Positions 25,108-29,347 of a stretch of DNA of 29,347 nt are shown one piece after another. The stretch's first letter is position 1. Each line of letters begins with the position of its first letter. The notes beneath the pieces were generated by a model. The model was not told the origin of the DNA, made no database searches, and saw only the letters and a program-made list of their open reading frames with translations. The translations under genes and the position numbers were made by a program. The stretch is from a virus (lineage: Duplodnaviria; Caudoviricetes), in IMG/VR virus record IMGVR_UViG_3300020045_006425, positions 1 to 29,347 of that record; one strand, given 5' to 3'.

Positions 25108-25375
25108 AAACGCCACAGCAGCACAGCGCAGGAGAATGGGCAGAATAGCGGAGCTGGGCTGCATCATCCGAACCTGCCAAATGCCTGCAATAGTGCATCA
25201 TTGTTTCACGGGCGCTGGTGGCCACAGAGATCATAATTTGATTATCCCATTATGCCCAAAGCATCATGCCGGACACGGCGCCGGGGTATCGCTTCATGAC
25301 GGCAGGAAGGCATTTTATGAGGAATATGGCAGCGAAAGAGAGCTGCTTGATATGGTTAATTTAATGGTGGATTAA
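25100..25375 (+). CDS. Ref-like / DUF968-type HNH zinc nuclease
   Basis: LGCI...C..PA.VHH...IPLCPKHH...H...FYEEYGSERELL pattern. Confidence 0.75.
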   Translation: MSKNATAAQRRRMGRIAELGCIIRTCQMPAIVHHCFTGAGGHRDHNLIIPLCPKHHAGHGAGVSLHDGRKAFYEEYGSERELLDMVNLMVD

Positions 25376-25444
25376 TCTATATAAACTAATGATTAATAAA
25401 GAATATTGCGGTATAATTGCACATCAAATTTATAGGGGGAAAGT

Positions 25445-25882
25445 ATGATTTTAAGCGGTGTTGGTAGGCTCGGTCGGGATGTTGAATGTAGATTTTTGCA
25501 GGACGGAACAGCGGTGGCAAATTTGGCGCTGGCTTTTAATTATGGCCGCAAAGATCAAAGTGGGAGAACACCTAGTCAGTGGATTGATGTAGCGCTGTTT
25601 GGCAAGCAGGCTGAGGCCATGTCTCCGTACTTAAAAAAAGGCGGGCAAGTTGATGTAGTTGTCAGCGGCATTCATATCGAGAATTACACAAAAAACGACG
25701 GCACACAACAAAGTAAATTGGTCGGTCGCATTATCAATATTGATTTTGTTGGCGGCAATAACGCGCAAGCTACGCAGCAACGCACCGAGCAACCAACGCC
25801 GCAACAACAACCAACGCAGCCGTCGCAGAGCAAGCCAAAAGATAATTTTGACGCTGATTATGACGATGACATTCCGTTCTAG
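25445..25882 (+). CDS. ssb: Single-stranded DNA-binding protein
   Basis: GRLGRD OB-fold start, FGKQAE, Gln-rich linker and DDDIPF tail; TATAAT at 25411-25416 upstream. Confidence 0.95.
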   Translation: MILSGVGRLGRDVECRFLQDGTAVANLALAFNYGRKDQSGRTPSQWIDVALFGKQAEAMSPYLKKGGQVDVVVSGIHIENYTKNDGTQQSKLVGRIINIDFVGGNNAQATQQRTEQPTPQQQPTQPSQSKPKDNFDADYDDDIPF

Positions 25883-25886
25883 GAGT

Positions 25887-26081
25887 ATGAGTAAATCAGA
25901 CGATTTAGGAATCGACCTTGAGCAAGGCTTGCTAGATATGCGGATAAAGGCCGCAGCGAGTAAGCCGCTTGATATTAGCAATCCGAGCGGGTTGTGCTGG
26001 TATTGCGACGACGATACAGGGTCTTATGTGCGCTGGTGTGATGCGGATTGTCGAGATGATTGGAGCATGGAAAATGAGTAA
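25887..26081 (+). CDS. Small zinc-finger protein
   Basis: GLCWYC...RWCDADCRDDW; AGGAG just upstream. Confidence 0.7.
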   Translation: MSKSDDLGIDLEQGLLDMRIKAAASKPLDISNPSGLCWYCDDDTGSYVRWCDADCRDDWSMENE

Positions 26082-26490
26082 GGTTTTGGGTATCGATCCA
26101 GGTAAAAATACCGGATTAGCAATTTTTCTAAATGGAAAACTAACAGACCTTTGCACATCAGATTTTTGGGGCGCAATCGAGCATATTAACGTCCACCATG
26201 ATGCTGTTGTGGTGGTCGAATTGCCCAGCACCAAACATGTATGGCATGGCGGCGCGACAGCTAAGGGCGCGATCCAGCGAACCGGCGTAAATGTTGGGTC
26301 ATGCCTACGCGAGGCCGAATTGATTATTGCATACCTGGGGCGCATGAAGCGACAGGTAATCATAGAGAAGCCAGCAGGTAAAGTAGATAAAGATCGGTTT
26401 CAGGCTGCTACAGGCTGGACAGGGCAAACAAACGCACATACCAGGGACGCGGGGATGCTCGCGCACAGATACCGGAATATAAAATTATGA
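26074..26490 (+). CDS. RuvC-like Holliday junction resolvase
   Basis: VLGIDPGKNTG, VVVE and NAHTRDA acidic motifs of an RNase H fold. Confidence 0.75.
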   Translation: MSKVLGIDPGKNTGLAIFLNGKLTDLCTSDFWGAIEHINVHHDAVVVVELPSTKHVWHGGATAKGAIQRTGVNVGSCLREAELIIAYLGRMKRQVIIEKPAGKVDKDRFQAATGWTGQTNAHTRDAGMLAHRYRNIKL

Positions 26491-26957
26491 CCGACAAACA
26501 CGCAGCAAATAAAGCGCTTTATGCGATTGACGCTGAAAATAATCTAAGACCGTTTTTACTATGGAAAGTTAAAAAACTAGATGGTGAGTGGGAGCGCTGC
26601 ACTGTTGCACCGGCGTGGTCTAATTTGAGCGAGTATGAGCGAATAGATGGATCAAATGATTTCATTGATGATGATATTGAAGCGCTTAACGCAGACCAAG
26701 ACCGGCGGTATGCAGGGATATTAGAGCGATCAGCATCTACAGAGCAAGCCGACCCAGGCCAGCATTATCGATACATGTACAATGGCATAAATATTGACCC
26801 CGCATTTATTGAGAGAGTATGCGGCCCAATGACGGGGATGCAATTCACTATTCTAAAAAAGGTCATCCGTATGGGGTCAGCACATAAAGACAAGCGACGG
26901 GATTTGCTGGATATTATCGGAGCGGCTCAGAGAGAATTGGAGTTAATGGATGATTGA
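26487..26957 (+). CDS. Hypothetical protein (C-terminal half loosely DUF3310-like)
   Basis: HY...IDP...LKK..R.G..HKD...DL.DI pattern; coupled overlaps. Confidence 0.55.
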   Translation: MTDKHAANKALYAIDAENNLRPFLLWKVKKLDGEWERCTVAPAWSNLSEYERIDGSNDFIDDDIEALNADQDRRYAGILERSASTEQADPGQHYRYMYNGINIDPAFIERVCGPMTGMQFTILKKVIRMGSAHKDKRRDLLDIIGAAQRELELMDD

Positions 26958-27138
26958 GTCACTAATACTAGGCGCAACAATACGCATGCTGGTTGAGATA
27001 TACCAGAGGTTTTTTATCGTTAGGCCATGTGGGCATAAATACCGGCTGACTATGCACAGCACCAATCAGCAGTTTTGTTATTCTTGCCGGAGAGAATTGA
27101 AGCTGGATGACAGTTTTTATCCGAGACATACGCGATAA
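26950..27138 (+). CDS. Small Cys/His-containing hypothetical protein
   Basis: CGH...CYSC; last gene before the hairpin. Confidence 0.5.
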   Translation: MIESLILGATIRMLVEIYQRFFIVRPCGHKYRLTMHSTNQQFCYSCRRELKLDDSFYPRHTR

Positions 27139-27139
27139 A

Positions 27140-27166
27140 AAGCCCTAGATTAGCGGGGCTTGGTTT
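27140..27166. terminator. Terminator-like hairpin ending the early-right operon
   Basis: AAGCCCT...GGGGCTT, with an upstream A-run and a weak downstream T-run. Confidence 0.5.
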
Positions 27167-27260
27167 CAGAGGTTATCCAATGCAGCCATAATAGCCGCCT
27201 CAATAATGAACGCTGTCAATACTTATTTCAAGATATTTAATATTACAGTGTTTAATTAAA

Positions 27261-27269
27261 TGCTATAAT
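27261..27269 (+). promoter_or_regulatory. Candidate late promoter (extended -10)
   Basis: TGcTATAAT 40 nt upstream of terS in an AT-rich gap. Confidence 0.55.
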
Positions 27270-27309
27270 GTGTATATGGATAAACGAATGTCATTAATCA
27301 CGGTGTTAG

Positions 27310-27561
27310 ATGGATAGCAAGCCTAAGATAGGATTAGATAGGAATAAAACAGGTCGTGGCAAGGGTACGGTAAACAAGGTCACAAAGGAGCTTAAAGAGA
27401 TGATTTTGGGCGCTCTCGATGATGCCGGTGGGCAGACGTACTTAGCTCAACAAGCAATCGAAAATCCCGGTGCTTTTATGAGCCTGGTGGGTAAGGTTTT
27501 GCCAAAAGACTTGAATGTAACAGCAGACGCGACTATAAATGTAATCTTAAATAAACCATAA
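27310..27561 (+). CDS. terS: Terminase small subunit
   Basis: GRGKGTVNKVT..LKEMI..AL...GG..YL...A.ENP.AFM.L.GKVLP; upstream of terL. Confidence 0.75.
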   Translation: MDSKPKIGLDRNKTGRGKGTVNKVTKELKEMILGALDDAGGQTYLAQQAIENPGAFMSLVGKVLPKDLNVTADATINVILNKP

Positions 27562-27572
27562 TTGGAATTAAG

Positions 27573-27746
27573 ATGAAAACATTAGTCATAGTAACGACGT
27601 TGATAATGATGGGCTGTGCAGCACCAACGCAATACGCAGCCGCGCCCAAGCTAGAGCGAGAGTTTGGCGGCATAGAGATCGGTAAAGACTTTACGCCTCT
27701 TTCAGCAGATGTAGATAAGGCGATTAAAGTTAATTTTGGACATTAG
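27573..27746 (+). CDS. 57-aa predicted lipoprotein between terS and terL (not in ORF track)
   Basis: MKTLVIVTTLIMMGC signal with lipobox-like MMGC; overlaps the terL TTG start. Confidence 0.6.
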   Translation: MKTLVIVTTLIMMGCAAPTQYAAAPKLEREFGGIEIGKDFTPLSADVDKAIKVNFGH

Positions 27747-29169
27747 TTTACCGAATAACTGGACACCCAGGCCGTATCAGCTCCCGGTTTGGAAATACCT
27801 ACATGATGGCGGTAAACGCGCTGTTACTCGCTGGCATAGGCGCGCCGGGAAAGATGACGTTTTTTTAAACTGGTCAGCGATGGCCGCAGTTGAGAGGGTT
27901 GGCAACTATTGGTACATGTTGCCGGAGTACGCACAGGCCAGGAAATCAATGTGGGATGCGGTTACAGAGCGCAAGATAGACGGCAAATCAGCAGCTAAAA
28001 CCCGTATGGATTGGGCTATACCGGCTGAGCTAAGAAAGGGCGTTAATCAGCAAGAAATGAAGATAACACTAATTAACGGATCTACTGTGCAGCTCGTCGG
28101 GTCAGACAACTTTAACAGCCTGGTGGGGTCACCCCCTGTCGGACTGGTGTTTTCAGAGTACGCAATCAGCAACCCGTCGGCGTGGGCATACCTAATGCCG
28201 ATTCTGGAAGAAAACGGCGGCTGGGCGTGCTTTAACTCCACACCACGCGGGAAAAACCACTTCCAAAAGATTTGCATGATGGCCGAGGATAGGGCCGAAT
28301 GGTTTTACGATACACGCACGGTTGACCATACCGCCATATTTACTCCGACGCAAATGGAAAACATACGCCAAGAGCTGTATGCCCAATACGGCCAAGAGTT
28401 CGGCGAGGCCATGTTCCAGCAGGAATACTACGTATCATTCGAAGCCGCCGTGATTGGTGCGATATGGGCTGATTGCATTGAAAAACTTAGGTTTAATGGT
28501 AGAATATGCAGTGTTCTCCATGATCCCAAAAACCCCGTTCATACGGCATGGGACATTGGCAAAAAGGACAGCACCGCAATATGGTTTTTTCAGGTTATCG
28601 GGCAAGATATTCACGTTATAAATTTCCATCAGTCTAACCACAAAGAGATCGATTTTTATTGCGACGAGGTGTTACGTTATAACATAACATCGCTAGGTTA
28701 TCGGTATGGATCTCACTGGCTCCCTCACGATGCTACACAAGATCGGCTCGGGCAAGGCGGCAAGACTATATTGCAGCAGTTTATCGACCACGGCAAGCGC
28801 GGCGATTTGGGAAAGTTTAAACGCACTCCGAGCGTTAGCGTGGAATCAGGCATACAAGCAGCGCGGGCAACATTTCCGCGCTGTAAGTTTGATGAGGCGC
28901 TGTGTGATGATGGCCTGGAAGCGCTTAAGTTTTATCACCATGCCTATGATGACGAAAAAAAGATATTTAGCGACCAGCCAGTCCATGATTGGGCTTCAGA
29001 CTCGGCCGATGCTTTTAGGTATCTGTCGCTAGTTTGGAAAGAGGCGCGAAACGAACCTGACGCTGGGCCAATAGATCAACAATTAATCAATAAATCCGTC
29101 CAGTCTATCAGTATGGGCAGTCTAACAAAACAGCATTTAAACCGCATGAAAGCAGCGAGACAGAATTGA
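27736..29169 (+). CDS. terL: Terminase large subunit
   Basis: PRPYQ, HRRAGKD (Walker A), LVFSE (Walker B-like), STPRG, AWDIG..DST and HDWASDSADAFRY motifs. Confidence 0.95.
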   Translation: MDISLPNNWTPRPYQLPVWKYLHDGGKRAVTRWHRRAGKDDVFLNWSAMAAVERVGNYWYMLPEYAQARKSMWDAVTERKIDGKSAAKTRMDWAIPAELRKGVNQQEMKITLINGSTVQLVGSDNFNSLVGSPPVGLVFSEYAISNPSAWAYLMPILEENGGWACFNSTPRGKNHFQKICMMAEDRAEWFYDTRTVDHTAIFTPTQMENIRQELYAQYGQEFGEAMFQQEYYVSFEAAVIGAIWADCIEKLRFNGRICSVLHDPKNPVHTAWDIGKKDSTAIWFFQVIGQDIHVINFHQSNHKEIDFYCDEVLRYNITSLGYRYGSHWLPHDATQDRLGQGGKTILQQFIDHGKRGDLGKFKRTPSVSVESGIQAARATFPRCKFDEALCDDGLEALKFYHHAYDDEKKIFSDQPVHDWASDSADAFRYLSLVWKEARNEPDAGPIDQQLINKSVQSISMGSLTKQHLNRMKAARQN

Positions 29170-29347
29170 TGAGCGACGAACAAGAATCAAGCAGTGATGT
29201 GGGCGAGGGCAGCGTTAAATACTGGTTTAACGAACTGGAAGAAGCCAAGAAGCGCGACAAAGACTATCACAAAGAAGGCAATCGCATACTCAAAATATAT
29301 GAGTGCGAAGATGCCAACAAAGTTCCGTTTAACATTCTTTACTCAAA
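29169..29347 (+). CDS. Portal protein N-terminus (truncated by window end)
   Basis: The ATG overlaps the terL stop; W..EL..A......FNILYS pattern; follows terL. Confidence 0.7.
   Translation, partial: MSDEQESSSDVGEGSVKYWFNELEEAKKRDKDYHKEGNRILKIYECEDANKVPFNILYS

Noticed and set aside
739-29032. Numerous 60-150-aa ORFs antisense to or nested in called genes (e.g. 6186..6530, 14833..15138, 20377..20838, 25932..26363)
   Set aside because: Shadow frames of well-supported genes, with no recognisable motif.

Overview
The window is a roughly 29-kb piece of a temperate, podovirus-like phage of a diderm, probably proteobacterial host, with no recognisable host genes. On the + strand it carries the end of the virion module: tail-tube fragment, GNAT-like protein, putative ejection proteins including an LPD23/zincin-like protein, tail fibre and an SGNH esterase. 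A lysis cassette follows (spanins, holin, GH24 lysozyme), then a probable attP gap. Next is a leftward early operon (DUF4116-like repeat protein, Bet, YqaJ exonuclease, xis-like gene, tyrosine integrase) and a cI/cro/cII-like switch with a visible 17-bp operator motif. The rightward part holds a replication and nin-type module (SF2 helicase, Zn-ribbon/Toprim primase, PAPS-reductase-like protein, NinB, Ref-like nuclease, SSB, RuvC-like resolvase), then terS, terL and the start of the portal. Lysis genes abut the integrase operon with no host DNA between them, suggesting the excised form. The most unusual element is an approximately 470-nt region without long ORFs (19460-19931), densely base-paired with mutually exclusive pairings, in the slot where lambdoid phages carry the replication initiator and origin. 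The first 121 bases duplicate 1571-1691 and are probably a chimeric junction. All protein calls rest on motif recognition by eye, and all RNA pairings were found by hand; no database search or folding program was run.
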